Source: Bacteroidota bacterium (lineage in GTDB: Bacteria > Bacteroidota > Ignavibacteria > SZUA-365). Taken from it: a stretch of DNA of 64,000 nucleotides. The translations under genes were made by a program, and so were the position numbers. The notes under the pieces were generated by a model, which was not told where the DNA came from, did not search any database, and saw only the letters and a program-made list of their open reading frames with translations. The stretch spans positions 516-64,515 of the forward strand of contig JAVFAS010000004.1 of the NCBI GenBank assembly GCA_034002405.1. Direction: 5' to 3'. How positions within the stretch are numbered: the stretch's first letter is position 1; every line of letters starts with the position of its first letter. Shown piece after piece: positions 9,474 through 19,865 of this stretch.

Positions 9474-9480
9474 CGACGAT

Positions 9481-9527
9481 CCCGCGTGTTTCATCAGACT
9501 CCGCCAGCACACGCGGGCATTTTCGTG
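9481..9527 (+). terminator. Candidate intrinsic terminator after the paralog pair
   Basis: 9 bp GC-rich stem, cccgcgtgt (9481-9489) with acacgcggg (9509-9517), followed by cattttcg; the loop is long (19 nt) so confidence is low. Confidence 0.3.
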
Positions 9528-9633
9528 CCGATCGTACTGTTTGGAGAAGTACCCCGAAAAGGGGTGTGGGATACACAACGCAGCTTTACATAATGTTTAT
9601 TATGAGAAATAAGGAACGCAGGAAAGCACAGGT

Positions 9634-10401
9634 ATGAAAGAGTCCACCAAGCAGAACTGGGAGACTTTCTGGGATCAGAAAGCAGATACCAAGGAAGTCT
9701 ACGCGAACACCGATCGCATTCGCCGGAATCTTGCCCGCAATCTGGATCTGCGCGGCGCGCGTATTCTTGAGGTTGGCGCAGGGACGGGACGCGATTCTTT
9801 CTACATGTCGCAGGATGGCGCGGAACTCGTCCTTCTCGATTACTCGATGAATTCTCTCAAGATCATCCGCAAACTCCTGCCCAGTACCGATCACATCAGC
9901 GCCATCGGCGGCGATGCGTTCTCGCTGCCGTTTCCCGATGGCAGCTTCGATGCGGTGTTCCATCAGGGATTGCTCGAGCATTTTCGCGATCGGGATGCGC
10001 GCCGCCTGCTGGCCGAGAATATCCGTGTGCTCAAACCTGGTGGACTCCTTGTGGTCGATGTTCCGCAGCGCTGGCATATCTACACGGTGATCAAACACGT
10101 GCTGATCGCGATGAACGCCTGGTTCGCGGGCTGGGAACGGGAATTTTCCGTCCGTGAACTCCGTGCACTGCTTCGCGAACTTGGAACGACGCCAGTGGAT
10201 GCCTATGGTGAATGGATGTATCCCAGCCTGTTCTACCGTACGATGCGCGAGGCATTGTATAAATTCGGAGTCAAACTTCCGTTATATCCGAAATTGATTC
10301 CCCCGGTGTCACGGTTGCGCGAAACGATCCGCCACGCCATGGACGGGACGGCGATCAAACTCAATACCGCCTTGTCCATCGGTGTCATCGCCCGCAAATA
10401 A
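9634..10401 (+). CDS. Class I SAM-dependent methyltransferase
   Basis: Motif I ILEVGAGTGRDSFYM; post-I acidic LLDYS; Methyltransf_11-like VLKPGGLLVV. Confidence 0.8.
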   Translation: MKESTKQNWETFWDQKADTKEVYANTDRIRRNLARNLDLRGARILEVGAGTGRDSFYMSQDGAELVLLDYSMNSLKIIRKLLPSTDHISAIGGDAFSLPFPDGSFDAVFHQGLLEHFRDRDARRLLAENIRVLKPGGLLVVDVPQRWHIYTVIKHVLIAMNAWFAGWEREFSVRELRALLRELGTTPVDAYGEWMYPSLFYRTMREALYKFGVKLPLYPKLIPPVSRLRETIRHAMDGTAIKLNTALSIGVIARK

Positions 10402-10425
10402 TCCATCGTCAATCCGCTTCATCCC

Positions 10426-11592
10426 ATGGCCGATAACCCATTGAAAATCCTAGTCCTCAACTGGCAGGACATCACGAATCCTCTCGCGGGTGGCGCCGAG
10501 GTGCATCTGCATGAGGTGTTCGAGCGGCTCGCCGCGCGCGGCCATGAAGTGACGCTGTTCTGTCACCACTTCGATGGCGCGCCGGCCGAGGAAATGCGCA
10601 ATGGCATCCGCATCATCCGCCAGGGCGGTCGATCGCTGTTCAATTTCCATGTGCCATGGGCCTACTGGAAACGTTTCCGGCATGAAGGTTTTGACATCGT
10701 GGTCGACGATGTCAACAAAATCCCCTTCTACACTCCCCTCTTCGTGCGCGAACCGGTGCAGGGCGTGACGCACCATCTCTTCGGCACAAGCATTTTTCTC
10801 GAGACCATCCTTCCCTTCGCGGCCTATGTCTATCTGTGCGAGCGCCTGATCAAACCTGTGTATCGTCATGTCCCGTTCATCATCGGCAGCCCCAGCACAC
10901 ACAAGGAATATCTCGAATGGGGCTTTCCCGCGCATCAGGTCACCGTGGTCAACTACTGCGTGAACAAGGAGATATACTGGCCGGATGAAACAAATGCGTA
11001 TGATCCCGATCGCATCGGGTATTTCGGTCGTCTGAAAAAATACAAGAGCGTCGACCATCTCCTGCGCGCGATGCACGCGATTCGCGACGACTACCCACGG
11101 CTGCATCTCGATATCATCGGCGACGGAGACGACCGGCCCCGACTCGAACAGATCACGACGGAATTGGCATTGCAGGAACGGGTCACTTTCCACGGTTTCA
11201 TCGACGAGGACGAAAAAGCTCCCCTGCTGCAGAAGATGAATTTCGTCGTGAATACGTCATCGAAGGAAGGATGGGGACTCACCGTCGTCGAAGCGAACGC
11301 CTGCGGTGCGCCGGTGGTCGCCGCGAATGTTCCGGGACTGCGGGACTCGGTAGTCAATGGTGAGACGGGACTTCTCTACGAATTCGGTAATCTCGAGGAC
11401 CTTGTCGCGCGCATGCGCATCTTCCTCGATGCGCCGGACACCCGCGATGCCTTCCGTTCGCGCGCACTCGCATGGGCGGCGAAATTCGACTGGGATGTCG
11501 CCACCGACGAAACGCTGATGCTGATGCGCCGCACCATCGCGGAGTGGCGAACACGTGACGCATCGCGCAACCGCGACGCCGTGTCACGGTAA
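10426..11592 (+). CDS. Glycosyltransferase family 4
   Basis: Classic GT4 C-terminal motif NTSSKEGWGLTVVEANACGAPVVAANVPGLRDSVVNGETGLL (EX7E). Confidence 0.8.
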   Translation: MADNPLKILVLNWQDITNPLAGGAEVHLHEVFERLAARGHEVTLFCHHFDGAPAEEMRNGIRIIRQGGRSLFNFHVPWAYWKRFRHEGFDIVVDDVNKIPFYTPLFVREPVQGVTHHLFGTSIFLETILPFAAYVYLCERLIKPVYRHVPFIIGSPSTHKEYLEWGFPAHQVTVVNYCVNKEIYWPDETNAYDPDRIGYFGRLKKYKSVDHLLRAMHAIRDDYPRLHLDIIGDGDDRPRLEQITTELALQERVTFHGFIDEDEKAPLLQKMNFVVNTSSKEGWGLTVVEANACGAPVVAANVPGLRDSVVNGETGLLYEFGNLEDLVARMRIFLDAPDTRDAFRSRALAWAAKFDWDVATDETLMLMRRTIAEWRTRDASRNRDAVSR

Positions 11593-11608
11593 TTGCCCAC
11601 GCCGCGAT

Positions 11609-12244
11609 TCAGTATCCGAGATTTCGGAGAAATCCCTCCGTGATCCCCGTCGCCCCGCTCCCCCGCAGATAATTCACGACATATTTCCCGATCATGTCCA
11701 GTTCGATGTTGACACGTCGCCCGCGTCCGTAGGTGCGAAAAAGCGTGGCGTTCCACGTGTGCGGAATCACGGACACCCGGAACGCGTCATCACTCCGCTC
11801 CGCGACCGTCAGGCTGACACCGTCGATGGAGATGCTCCCCATCGGAATAATGAACGGTGCGGCCTCCGCGGGAAAGGAGAATGCGACCATCCAGCTCTCC
11901 GCGCGTCGCTCGATCGCGACAAGCGTGGTCGCGAAATCCACATGTCCCTGGACGAAATGACCGCCGAGCTTGCCATCGGCGCGCAGCGCACGCTCGAGAT
12001 TGACGGAATCGCCGACCGAAAATTCACCGAGCGTCGACTTCCTCACTGTTTCTTCCACTGCTTCCACGGTGAATCGTTCGCGTGTGTATCGCGTGACCGT
12101 CAGACACACGCCGTTGACCGCGATGCTGTCTCCCACTGCCGTTCCGTCGAGAACGGAGGACGCGGCGATGTCGAAGCGTCGGCCATTTCCCAACTGTTGC
12201 ACGGCACGCAGCGTGCCCACTTCCTCGATGAGGCCGGTAAACAT
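11609..12244 (-). CDS. ribE: Riboflavin synthase alpha subunit
   Basis: MFTGLIEEVGT... with two lumazine-binding repeats (GDSIAVNGVCLTV and GSISIDGVSLTV). Confidence 0.9.
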   Translation of the reverse strand: MFTGLIEEVGTLRAVQQLGNGRRFDIAASSVLDGTAVGDSIAVNGVCLTVTRYTRERFTVEAVEETVRKSTLGEFSVGDSVNLERALRADGKLGGHFVQGHVDFATTLVAIERRAESWMVAFSFPAEAAPFIIPMGSISIDGVSLTVAERSDDAFRVSVIPHTWNATLFRTYGRGRRVNIELDMIGKYVVNYLRGSGATGITEGFLRNLGY

Positions 12245-12246
12245 GG

Positions 12247-13362
12247 TCAGAGCTCCTTTTCAGGACGGAGGATGGTGTAGGTGTCCACACCGCAGCGCAT
12301 GACGTCCTCGATGCGGAATCGATGGGCATCGGTGAGGTGCAACGGACGCAACCCGGAGAAGCATCCTTTCCCCTGCCCGATGATTTTCGGCGCGGTGAAC
12401 AGGTCGATGCGATCAACGAGGCGTGCGCGAAGAAACGCGGAGAATACCTCCGCGCCACCCTCGACGAGAATGGAACGGATCTGAAAATCAGAGTACAGGA
12501 TCTGCAATGTGGATGTCAGGGAAGCGTATTCGCGCGTGTCCGTCGTCGCCGCGATCACCGACACCCCGCGCTCCCGCAGCTTCGCCACGCGGTCCGCGTG
12601 GGTGCGCGCGGCGGTCCGCGATGTCACGAGGATGGTACGCGCGGCATCGGCGTCACTGATGACGGTGGACGAAAGCGGGAGATTCCATGAGCGTGTCAGC
12701 ACGATCCGCCGCGGCGAATCTCCCGCGATGTGGCGGACGTTGAGCGAAGGATTGTCCTTGCGCACGGTTTCCGCGCCCACCAGCACCGCGTCATAGACCG
12801 CACGCAATCGGTGCACCTCGCGCCGCGCCTCTTCCGATGTGATCCAATGCGACGTTCCCTTTGATGCGGCGATGAATCCGTCCAACGTCTGTGCGACCTT
12901 CAGCAGCACGAACGGACGCTTGGCGACGACATTCACGAGATAGACCTCGTTGAGCGCCTCGCAGCGCTCCCGTTCGATGTGTTCAGTGACGACGATGCCC
13001 GCCGCGCGCAACCGGGCTGCTCCCGCTCCCGCGACATCGGGATTTGGATCCGGCATGCCGATCACGACTTTCCTGAGGCCGGCGTCGATGATCGCCTGCG
13101 TGCAGGGAGGAGTTTTCCCGTGGTGGTTGCATGGTTCGAGCGAGACATACATCGTGGCGCCGCGTGCCCGGTCCCCCGCGTCGCGTATGGCCTCCACTTC
13201 CGCATGGGGTCCGCCGAACTTCCGATGCCAGCCCCTGCCGATGATCCGTCCACCGTCCACGATGATCGCACCAACCATCGGATTCGGTTCCACCGTGCCG
13301 CGGCCGCGTTCCGCGAGCTGCAGGCACTTGAGCATGTACTGATCGTCCTTGCGGTCATGCAT
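12247..13362 (-). CDS. ribD: Bifunctional diaminohydroxyphosphoribosylaminopyrimidine deaminase / 5-amino-6-(5-phosphoribosylamino)uracil reductase
   Basis: Zinc deaminase motifs HAEVEAI and SLEPCNHHGKTPPC, plus a C-terminal reductase domain; start may be the internal Met (MLKCLQ) at 13335. Confidence 0.9.
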   Translation of the reverse strand: MHDRKDDQYMLKCLQLAERGRGTVEPNPMVGAIIVDGGRIIGRGWHRKFGGPHAEVEAIRDAGDRARGATMYVSLEPCNHHGKTPPCTQAIIDAGLRKVVIGMPDPNPDVAGAGAARLRAAGIVVTEHIERERCEALNEVYLVNVVAKRPFVLLKVAQTLDGFIAASKGTSHWITSEEARREVHRLRAVYDAVLVGAETVRKDNPSLNVRHIAGDSPRRIVLTRSWNLPLSSTVISDADAARTILVTSRTAARTHADRVAKLRERGVSVIAATTDTREYASLTSTLQILYSDFQIRSILVEGGAEVFSAFLRARLVDRIDLFTAPKIIGQGKGCFSGLRPLHLTDAHRFRIEDVMRCGVDTYTILRPEKEL

Positions 13363-13428
13363 CGGCGTTCTCGTGAGAATATCGGACAGAATGCTCCCGT
13401 TTGACGCGCGTCGGCGGTTGTGCGCGGA

Positions 13429-14784
13429 TCATTCGATGCCGTGCGTCGAAGCTCCGCGACCGCCATTGCCGTGCTTGGCGAAATCGGAATGCTCGAAAAG
13501 CATCAGCGTCGTCGAGATTTTCCGGCTGCCCCGGTTGCCGGCGCGCGGGACCGGCGTGGTACCTTCCAGTGACATCGTCGCGGAACTTCCACCATCGAGG
13601 TTGAGCGCGTGCCAGGCGCCACGCGCCACCATCAATTCCGCCAGCGTCTCGAGCGACGCGCCCCGCGTGCGAGCCCTTCGATTGTATGGTTCGACCACCA
13701 TCATGATCAGGCTGTCTCCGCCCCGGGTGACACCCACGGCGCTGCGGCCGTAATGTCCGGTGACAAAGCGGAGCTTTCGCAACCCCGCTTCCATCCACTC
13801 CACGCTCACCTTCCCGTCACGGACGATGCGTGGCGAGCCACCGGTCATCTGCATGATGGGAAACGGAAGACCGGGAGTCACCGCGCTCTCGAGAGAGAAG
13901 GTGTCCCCGACCAGGAGTGACGTGAAGAGCGGAAAGGGACCGCGGCCGAAAGAAATGACGCCCCCATCCTCGGGAATCGCGACGAATCCGGTGTCCAGCG
14001 CGGTGACCACGCACGGGACCGCCGTATTGGCCCGTGGCTGACGTTTGTAACGAAACTGGAGTTTCAACGTGCCGCTCTCCGGACTGATGCTCCAGACGGA
14101 ATCCATAAGGGCAAGGATCATGGTATCGATGGCCGCCTCGGTTTCGTCGGTCATGGTGTCGCGCGACGCCTCCCGGATCCCCGTCGTATCGATAAACGGC
14201 ACGGAGGTGCCGAAGAAATTCGTGTACAGGACGATTTCCGTGGAATCGACACGACGGTTGAGACGCGTGACGGGAATCTCGCCCAGACGTGTGTGCACGC
14301 TCACGTCAAGATGGAACGTATCGATGAACACTTCCTTTTTGTCCGTGATGGCGATCGATGACCAGTTCTTATACTTGTCCGCGATCAGCAATCGTCCGTC
14401 GGAGACGGTTGGCCCCATGGGATGCAGCGTTCCGGCCTTCCAGAAATTCGCATTCGTACCCGCCACCACCCGAAGACCCGCATGCGTGCTGTCATAGCGC
14501 GAAAGAATGCTGTGCACGCGCTCGAGACCGCTGATGTGTTCGAGTCCCTTGCCAACACGCACACCCACCTGTGGATTTTTCAGGTCCACGGTCAGCCAGT
14601 GAACCGAAAGCCGGGATTTCGGAACATACGAGTGAAAATACCGAATCCCGGGTGCGAGCATTCGGGCACTATCCGCGGGGAGCGCGACCGCGGTCCGCGG
14701 CTGCGCGGCGATGGAAATCGGGAGGAGAAGGACACCGCCGATGATGATCCGCAGCAACAACGGTATGCCTCGCGGCATCGTCAT
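13429..14784 (-). CDS. Secreted phosphodiester glycosidase-family protein (DUF2233/NAGPA-like)
   Basis: Signal peptide; C-terminal region GDSLIMMVVEPYNRRARTRGASLETLAELMVARGAWHALNLDGGSSATM typical of this family. Confidence 0.6.
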   Translation of the reverse strand: MTMPRGIPLLLRIIIGGVLLLPISIAAQPRTAVALPADSARMLAPGIRYFHSYVPKSRLSVHWLTVDLKNPQVGVRVGKGLEHISGLERVHSILSRYDSTHAGLRVVAGTNANFWKAGTLHPMGPTVSDGRLLIADKYKNWSSIAITDKKEVFIDTFHLDVSVHTRLGEIPVTRLNRRVDSTEIVLYTNFFGTSVPFIDTTGIREASRDTMTDETEAAIDTMILALMDSVWSISPESGTLKLQFRYKRQPRANTAVPCVVTALDTGFVAIPEDGGVISFGRGPFPLFTSLLVGDTFSLESAVTPGLPFPIMQMTGGSPRIVRDGKVSVEWMEAGLRKLRFVTGHYGRSAVGVTRGGDSLIMMVVEPYNRRARTRGASLETLAELMVARGAWHALNLDGGSSATMSLEGTTPVPRAGNRGSRKISTTLMLFEHSDFAKHGNGGRGASTHGIE

Positions 14785-16706
14785 GTGCGCTGCTCCAGCG
14801 GAGCGGTGAACTCGATCCCACAGAGTGCCCCGGCGCGTCGCGCGATCCCCAGTGGATCGAGATTGATGCTGCGATACAACTCTTCCTGCGTCCCGTGCTC
14901 GATAAAGTCGTCCGGGATGCCGTGAATGCCCAGCGTGACGCCCGTCGCGCGCGCCGCGGTCAGATACTCGGCCACGGCGCTGCCGAATCCGCCCAGGATA
15001 GCGTTATCCTCGACCGTGAGCACCGCCCGGTAGCGTGTGAAGAGGTCATCGAGCAACGCCGTATCGAGGGGTTTGACAAATCGCATGTTCACCACCCCCG
15101 CGCGGATCCCGCTGTTCGCCAGCAATTCGGCCGCCTTGAGTGCATTCGGCACCATGTTGCCGATCGCGAGAATCGCCACGTCCTCTCCATCGCGCAGGAT
15201 GACGCCCTTGCCGATCTCCAGCGTTTGAAATCCCTCGCGGAGGGGAACACCGATCGCATTTCCCCGCGGATAGCGCAGGGCAATCGGTCCGCTGCGATGT
15301 TCGATCGCGGTATGAAGCATGTCGCGGAGTTCCTGCTCGTCGGCCGGTGCCATGATGACCATTCCCGGGATCATGCGCAGGTAACTCAGATCATAGGCCC
15401 CGTGATGCGTGGGACCATCAGCACCGACGAGTCCGCCACGATCGATCGCGAACACGACATGGAGGCCCTGTGTGGCCACGTCGTGGATGACCTGATCGAT
15501 CGCACGCTGGAGAAAGGTCGAGTAGATCGCGGCGACCGGAACGTAGCCTTGACAGGCCATGCCCGCGGCGAAGGTGACGGCATGCTGCTCGGCGATGCCG
15601 ACATCAAAGCATTTTTCGGGGACCTCCTGCTGCAACAGATCCAGTCCGGTTCCCGAGGCCATCGCCGCCGTGATCCCGACGACATTGTCGTGACTCTTGA
15701 CCATCTCGACCAGCGCTTCAGCAAATATCGCGGTATAGCTTTTCGCCGCGTCGGTCTTTTTCGGCGCCTTCCCCGTGATCTTGTCGAAGGGAGTGACGCC
15801 ATGCAGATTCATTCCGTCACTCTCGGCGGGGGCGTATCCCTTGCCTTTCTGCGTGACGACATGCACCAGAATCGGGCCGGCCCAATCCTGCACTTCACGG
15901 AAAATATTGACCAGCGACACCACATTGTGTCCGTTGATCGGACCGAAATACCGGAATCCCAGTGCCTCGAACAGCATGCCCGGCGTCACGACCGATTTGA
16001 TCCCGCCTTCGAGGCGTGCGGCGATTTTCCGGAAGCGGTCTCCGAGTTCGTCGAATTTTCCCGCGAGATCCCACACATTCGCGCGAAACCTGTTGTAGGT
16101 CGGCGATGCGATCAGTTCATTGAAGTAGTTCGACAGTGCCCAAACATTTGGTGAGATGGACATGTTGTTGTCGTTGAGAACCACGATCATGTTTTTCTTC
16201 AACAGGCCGCAGTTGTTCATCGCTTCGTAGGCCATGCCACCAGTCATCGATCCGTCGCCGATCACGGCGACAACCTTGTAGTCTTCCCCGCTGAAGTCGC
16301 GCGCCGCCGCGATTCCCAATGCGGCGGAAATCGATGTCGTGGCGTGTCCCGCGCCGAACACGTCGTAGGGACTTTCCTTCCGCTTGAGAAATCCACTCAG
16401 TCCGCCGAATTGCCGGATCGTATGCAGGCGATCCCTGCGACCCGTGAGGATTTTGTGAGGATAGGCCTGATGTCCCACATCCCAGACAAGCTTGTCGGTG
16501 GGCGTGCTGAATGCATAGTGCAGGGAGACGGCGAGTTCGACGGTTCCGAGACCCGCGCCGAGATGGCCGCCTGTTTTCGAGACGGTGTCGATCAGAAATT
16601 CGCGGATTTCACCGCAAAGCGGTCGCAGATCGTTGATGTCCATCCGGCGAAGATCGGACGGGTCATCGATGCGATCGAGCAGCGGCGTGGGAGAATGTTC
16701 CGGCAT
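14781..16706 (-). CDS. dxs: 1-deoxy-D-xylulose-5-phosphate synthase
   Basis: MPEHSPTPLLDRIDDPSDLRRM... with the thiamine-diphosphate motif GDGSMTGGMAYEAMN; start set at the Met at 16706 (the ORF-track start at 16844 is an upstream over-extension). Confidence 0.95.
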   Translation of the reverse strand: MPEHSPTPLLDRIDDPSDLRRMDINDLRPLCGEIREFLIDTVSKTGGHLGAGLGTVELAVSLHYAFSTPTDKLVWDVGHQAYPHKILTGRRDRLHTIRQFGGLSGFLKRKESPYDVFGAGHATTSISAALGIAAARDFSGEDYKVVAVIGDGSMTGGMAYEAMNNCGLLKKNMIVVLNDNNMSISPNVWALSNYFNELIASPTYNRFRANVWDLAGKFDELGDRFRKIAARLEGGIKSVVTPGMLFEALGFRYFGPINGHNVVSLVNIFREVQDWAGPILVHVVTQKGKGYAPAESDGMNLHGVTPFDKITGKAPKKTDAAKSYTAIFAEALVEMVKSHDNVVGITAAMASGTGLDLLQQEVPEKCFDVGIAEQHAVTFAAGMACQGYVPVAAIYSTFLQRAIDQVIHDVATQGLHVVFAIDRGGLVGADGPTHHGAYDLSYLRMIPGMVIMAPADEQELRDMLHTAIEHRSGPIALRYPRGNAIGVPLREGFQTLEIGKGVILRDGEDVAILAIGNMVPNALKAAELLANSGIRAGVVNMRFVKPLDTALLDDLFTRYRAVLTVEDNAILGGFGSAVAEYLTAARATGVTLGIHGIPDDFIEHGTQEELYRSINLDPLGIARRAGALCGIEFTAPLEQRT

Positions 16707-16731
16707 GGGCAACTCAGATGCTGACACGATA

Positions 16732-16962
16732 CTATACCTCGTCGAAATCCAGGGTCTCGAACACGCCGTCCGAGCGCAACCGTAACTCCTTGATGCGTGT
16801 CTGGGCTTCCGACAGATCCCTAACACACTTCTCGACGATTTCAATCCCCTCGGCGTAGAGTTTCATGCTCTCCTCCAGGGGAGTCTCCTCCGCGTCAAGC
16901 AGCCGCACGATTTCATTGAGACGCGTGATCGATGATTCGTACGTTTCGGTTTTCTTGCTCAT
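16732..16962 (-). CDS. xseB: Exodeoxyribonuclease VII small subunit
   Basis: MSKKTETYESSITRLNEIVRLLDAEETPLEESMKLYAEGIEIVEKC; about 77 aa; the ORF-track start at 17046 overlaps xseA and is rejected. Confidence 0.85.
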   Translation of the reverse strand: MSKKTETYESSITRLNEIVRLLDAEETPLEESMKLYAEGIEIVEKCVRDLSEAQTRIKELRLRSDGVFETLDFDEV

Positions 16963-16978
16963 GAGCCTCCGCGCATTC

Positions 16979-18208
16979 CTATTGTGCCTGGGATGAGTTG
17001 TCCGCCATGGAAACGCCACCGACCGTCGCATCGGCGCTGCCATCACGAAGGCGCAGGGTCACCCGCGCGCCGGTTTCCAGCTGTGTGATACTGCGCACCG
17101 GAATCCCGTCGCGCGAAAGCAGCGCCGCGCCGCGCTGGAAGAATCGTTCCGGATCGTGCGTCGCGAGACGCTCGCGCAACAGCGCGGTGGCATGCAGACG
17201 CTTCTCATGGGCGCGCTCGACGTCACGATGCAGACGCTCGGCCCGGTCGTCCAGCAACTGCATCGCACCGCGCAGGCGTCCACCAAGACGTGAGAATGCC
17301 CGGTCGGTCAGCATCGTGCGAAGCCGTTGCATGCGCGCGCGCATCGTGAAATCTACGAATTTCCCCGCCGTCATTGCAATGTGTTCCAATTGCCCCAACA
17401 TTTCCTCCCGCGTCCGCACGACAAGCTCGCCCGCCACGGATGGAGTTGCCGCGCGAACGTCGGCCACGAAATCGGCGATCGTGAAATCCACTTCGTGTCC
17501 GACCGCGCTGACGACGGGGATCGCGGAACGCGCGATCGCACGAGCGACGATCTCCTCGTTGAATGCCCAGAGATCCTCGATCGACCCCCCGCCTCTTCCC
17601 GTGATGATGAGGTCGGCTTCATCGTGCGCATTGCAGAGATCGATGGCGGAAGCGATCTGCTCGGCCGCGCCGGGACCCTGAACCAGGACAGGGACGAGGA
17701 GAATCTGCACGGCGGGATTTCGCCGGTGAATCACGCTGATCATGTCGCGAACCGCGGCACCCGTCGGTGAGGTGACCACGGCAATCACATCCGGGTATGG
17801 TGGAAGCGGCTTTTTCCGCGCGTCGTCGAACAGCCCTTCATCGTACAGGCGACGCTTGAGTTTTTCGAAGGCCGCCTGCAGGGCTCCCTCGCCGCGTGGT
17901 TGGATATCGGATACGATGATCTGGTAATTCCCGCGCGGTTCATACACTGTAAGCCGTCCGCGGCACACGACCTCCATTCCGTTCTGGGGACGGAAGGACG
18001 TGCCCAGCGTGTTACCGCGAAACATTACCGCCGAGAGCTGCGCCGAGGCGTCCTTGAGTGTGAAATACCAGTGGCCGGAACCATGTCTCGTGAAATTCGA
18101 GATTTCCCCGGTTACGACGATCTCCGGGAATGCATCCTCGAGCAACCCCTTGATGCGTCGCGTGAGCTGGCTCACGGTAAACACGGTGGCAGTATCCGTT
18201 TGCATCAT
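16979..18208 (-). CDS. xseA: Exodeoxyribonuclease VII large subunit
   Basis: N-terminal OB fold (TVSQLTRRIKGLLEDAFPEIVVTGEISNF) plus the catalytic domain; 409 aa. Confidence 0.9.
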   Translation of the reverse strand: MMQTDTATVFTVSQLTRRIKGLLEDAFPEIVVTGEISNFTRHGSGHWYFTLKDASAQLSAVMFRGNTLGTSFRPQNGMEVVCRGRLTVYEPRGNYQIIVSDIQPRGEGALQAAFEKLKRRLYDEGLFDDARKKPLPPYPDVIAVVTSPTGAAVRDMISVIHRRNPAVQILLVPVLVQGPGAAEQIASAIDLCNAHDEADLIITGRGGGSIEDLWAFNEEIVARAIARSAIPVVSAVGHEVDFTIADFVADVRAATPSVAGELVVRTREEMLGQLEHIAMTAGKFVDFTMRARMQRLRTMLTDRAFSRLGGRLRGAMQLLDDRAERLHRDVERAHEKRLHATALLRERLATHDPERFFQRGAALLSRDGIPVRSITQLETGARVTLRLRDGSADATVGGVSMADNSSQAQ

Positions 18209-19851
18209 GATCCTTCCGGTGAGATCTCGGATTTCATTCCCTGATCGAATATGGAAATGATGGTGTCGCGTTGCTGCAGCGCGGGATCGGATGCCGGATA
18301 GTCGGTGGTGTGATGCAGGCCACGGCTTTCCTTACGCCGCATCGCACACTCGATAATCAGCCGTCCGAGCAAGGTAATGTTCCGCAGCTGAATCAGTCCT
18401 TCCGAAACACGCGTGCGTTTGTAGAAATCCTCCACCTCGGCCGCAAGCAATTCGATCCGCCGGCGTGCGCGCTGGAGGCGAAGATCCGATCGCACGATCC
18501 CGACATAATCCCACATCAACGTACGGACTTCCCGGCGGTTGTGCGAAACCAACACCCATTCCTCGGGATTGTCCGTTCCTGAATCATCCCACTCCACGAT
18601 GTCGTCAACCGGCGGCGGCGATGCCGCGCATTCGAGGATCGTCGACGCCGCCCTGTTCGCGAATACCAGGGCTTCGAGCAGGGAATTGCTCGCCAGACGA
18701 TTGGCCCCGTGCAGTCCGGTCATCGCGCTTTCCCCGGCGACATACAGTGAACGGATGTTCGAGCGGCCATATGCATCGGAGAGAATGCCCCCACAGGTAT
18801 AATGTGCCGCGGGAACCACGGGAATTAAATCGCTTGTGATGTCGATGTTTACATCCATGCATCTCTGGTAGATACTGGGAAAGGACGATCGCACGGCATC
18901 GGCATCGAGATGGCGGAGATCGAGATACACGCACTCGTCACCGCTGCGTTTCAACTCCGCGTCGATCGCGCGCGCGACAATATCCCGCGGGGCGAGTTCC
19001 ATTCGCTTGTCGTGCTTTTCCATGAAGCGCTCCCCTGCCCGGGTACGGAGCACGGCGCCGAAACCACGCACCGCTTCGGAGATCAGGAATGATCGGGCCT
19101 GCGGATGATACAGTGTTGTCGGATGGAACTGGATGAATTCCATGTTGGCCACGCGCGCGCCCGCACGATAGGCCATGGCAATCCCGTCACCCGTGGCGAT
19201 TTCGGGGTTCGTTGTATGCAGGTAAACCTGCCCGCAACCTCCCGCGGTGATGACCGTGTGCTCGGCGAGAAAGCGTTCGACCATGCCGGTGGTTTTATCC
19301 AGGACATACGCGCCCCAGCAATGGATGTCGTCGGGCGAGAAGGAACGCCGGCCCCGGAGATTGTGCTGCGTGATCAGATCGATGGCGATGTGATCTTCGT
19401 AAATGGTGACGTTCGGGTGCTGCCGCACCGTTTCGACCAGGACGCGCTCGACCTCGCGTCCGGTGAAGTCACGCGCATGCACGATGCGATGACGGGAATG
19501 TCCGCCTTCGCGGCCGAGGTCGAGCCGCTGCTCGTCCTTCCGCGTAAAGCCGACACCGAGTGCGAGGAGATCGGAAACAAGCGCGGGGCCTTCCTGTACG
19601 ACAATTTCCACGATATCCCGGTGACAGAGGCCGGCTCCCGCCGTAAGCGTGTCGTCGATGTGGAGCTGGAACGAATCATCCCCACCAAACACGGAAGCGA
19701 TGCCGCCCTGGGCATAGTTGGTGTTCGATTCGACGGTCTCCTTCTTCGTCACGAGCGCGACGCGCCGGTGCCGGGCGACCCTGAGCGTGAAAAACAATCC
19801 GGCGATGCCACTGCCGATGACGAGAATGTCTGAATGATGGATACGTGACAT
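18205..19851 (-). CDS. nadB: L-aspartate oxidase
   Basis: FAD motif DILVIGSGIAGL; NYAQGGIASV; 548 aa succinate-dehydrogenase-like flavoprotein. Confidence 0.9.
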   Translation of the reverse strand: MSRIHHSDILVIGSGIAGLFFTLRVARHRRVALVTKKETVESNTNYAQGGIASVFGGDDSFQLHIDDTLTAGAGLCHRDIVEIVVQEGPALVSDLLALGVGFTRKDEQRLDLGREGGHSRHRIVHARDFTGREVERVLVETVRQHPNVTIYEDHIAIDLITQHNLRGRRSFSPDDIHCWGAYVLDKTTGMVERFLAEHTVITAGGCGQVYLHTTNPEIATGDGIAMAYRAGARVANMEFIQFHPTTLYHPQARSFLISEAVRGFGAVLRTRAGERFMEKHDKRMELAPRDIVARAIDAELKRSGDECVYLDLRHLDADAVRSSFPSIYQRCMDVNIDITSDLIPVVPAAHYTCGGILSDAYGRSNIRSLYVAGESAMTGLHGANRLASNSLLEALVFANRAASTILECAASPPPVDDIVEWDDSGTDNPEEWVLVSHNRREVRTLMWDYVGIVRSDLRLQRARRRIELLAAEVEDFYKRTRVSEGLIQLRNITLLGRLIIECAMRRKESRGLHHTTDYPASDPALQQRDTIISIFDQGMKSEISPEGS

Positions 19852-19865
19852 GGAGAGAACTCCGG

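Noticed and set aside
13336-13428. FMN riboswitch upstream of ribD
   Set aside because: Only 66-93 nt is available, with none of the conserved FMN-element segments. ribD directly follows the upstream gene and is probably co-transcribed.
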